This document shows, piece by piece, positions 25,635-26,240 of a DNA stretch of 26,240 nt. The DNA comes from Roseiflexaceae bacterium (GTDB lineage Bacteria; Chloroflexota; Chloroflexia; Chloroflexales; Roseiflexaceae), in the NCBI GenBank assembly GCA_947462525.1, contig CANHPK010000001.1, positions 1 through 26,240 of the forward strand, read 5' to 3'. Position numbers and translations under genes: made by a program. How positions within the stretch are numbered: the first letter of the stretch is position 1; every line of letters begins with the position of its first letter. Below the pieces are notes generated by a model that was not told the DNA's origin, searched no databases, and was given only the letters and a program-made list of their open reading frames with translations.

Positions 25635-26240
25635 TCAACGCGGGGCTTTTTGGCAGTAGGGGCAAAAGTGGGTGCCGCGCTGGCCGACGGTGATTTTTTC
25701 GATTGCGGTGCCGCAACGCCCACAGGGCTGACCGGTGCGACTATACGCCTGGAAGTTATCTTGCTGGGTGCCTTTGGCGCCGTAGCTATCGCGATAATCA
25801 CGGAGGGTGCTGCCGCCGTTTTCGATGGCTTGGCGGAGCACCGCGCGGATGGCCGCCAACAGTTCGGTTGCTTTTTTCTTCGAAAGGGTGTTCGCGGGTT
25901 TCAATGGGTGTACCGACACCCGATAGAGCGATTCGTCTGCATAAATATTGCCGATCCCGGCGATACGAGACTGATCCAGCAAGACAGTCTTGATGACCCG
26001 ACTGGTGCTCTGCAGGGTCGCGTGCCAGGTGGCAGGGGTGAGCGCCGGGTCGAACGGCTCGGGGCCGTGATCGGCGTCGAGGGTGGCGAGTTCTGGCGCA
26101 GACAGCAGCCGTATGCGACCGAACTTGCGCTGGTCGATGAAGCGCACCTCGCGCCCATCGGTCAACCCAAAGGCCACCCGCTGTTGGGCATCATCCGCCT
26201 CGTCGCGGGGAAGGACAGCAAACCGACCGGTCATGCGCAA
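25635..26240 (-). CDS. mutM: Formamidopyrimidine-DNA glycosylase (Fpg/MutM), 5'-truncated by the window edge
   Basis: Contains the LRMTG motif, FIDQRKFG, GPEP, the H2TH motif LLDQSRIAGIGNIYADESLY, GGSTLRDY and the C-terminal zinc finger CGRCG..RGTHFCPYCQ. The N-terminal PELPE lies outside the window. Confidence 0.97.
   Translation of the reverse strand: MRMTGRFAVLPRDEADDAQQRVAFGLTDGREVRFIDQRKFGRIRLLSAPELATLDADHGPEPFDPALTPATWHATLQSTSRVIKTVLLDQSRIAGIGNIYADESLYRVSVHPLKPANTLSKKKATELLAAIRAVLRQAIENGGSTLRDYRDSYGAKGTQQDNFQAYSRTGQPCGRCGTAIEKITVGQRGTHFCPYCQKAPR

Noticed and set aside
25626-26240. 205-codon open plus-strand frame exactly antisense to mutM
   Set aside because: In-register antisense frames stay open whenever a GC-rich gene avoids TTA, CTA and TCA, and the translation has no recognisable features.

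Overview
The window is almost entirely one minus-strand, two-gene operon of about 24.8 kb. It encodes a 6608-aa giant exported protein (5124-24950) and a partner of about 1628 aa (233-5119). The operon has a near-consensus sigma70 promoter (TTGACG-17-TATATT, 24991-25019), an AGGAG ribosome-binding site and a likely intrinsic terminator (112-155). It is flanked by tRNA-Arg(CCT) (11-86, minus) and the 3' part of mutM/fpg (25635-26240, minus). Domains in the giant protein, N to C: signal/TM segment, LolA/LppX-like domain, TM hairpin, Ca-binding DxDxDG cluster, unrecognised region, long hydrophobic helical bundle resembling toxin translocation domains, Cys-closed hydrophobic loop, second Ca-binding cluster, about 9 LamG modules (two with inserted F5/8-FTP-like domains), Ig-like repeats, beta-propeller, DOMON/CBM9-like domain, P-domain, an RCC1/BLIP-II-like propeller inserted in an FN3-like domain, and a terminal VYLPLV motif typical of Chloroflexota. 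The partner carries three RCC1/BLIP-II-like propellers, two LamG modules and a Thr/Pro/Arg-rich tail. No secretion apparatus, mobile element, CRISPR array or obvious catalytic toxin domain is visible. All domain calls are by-eye motif recognition, not database searches, and internal domain coordinates are approximate.
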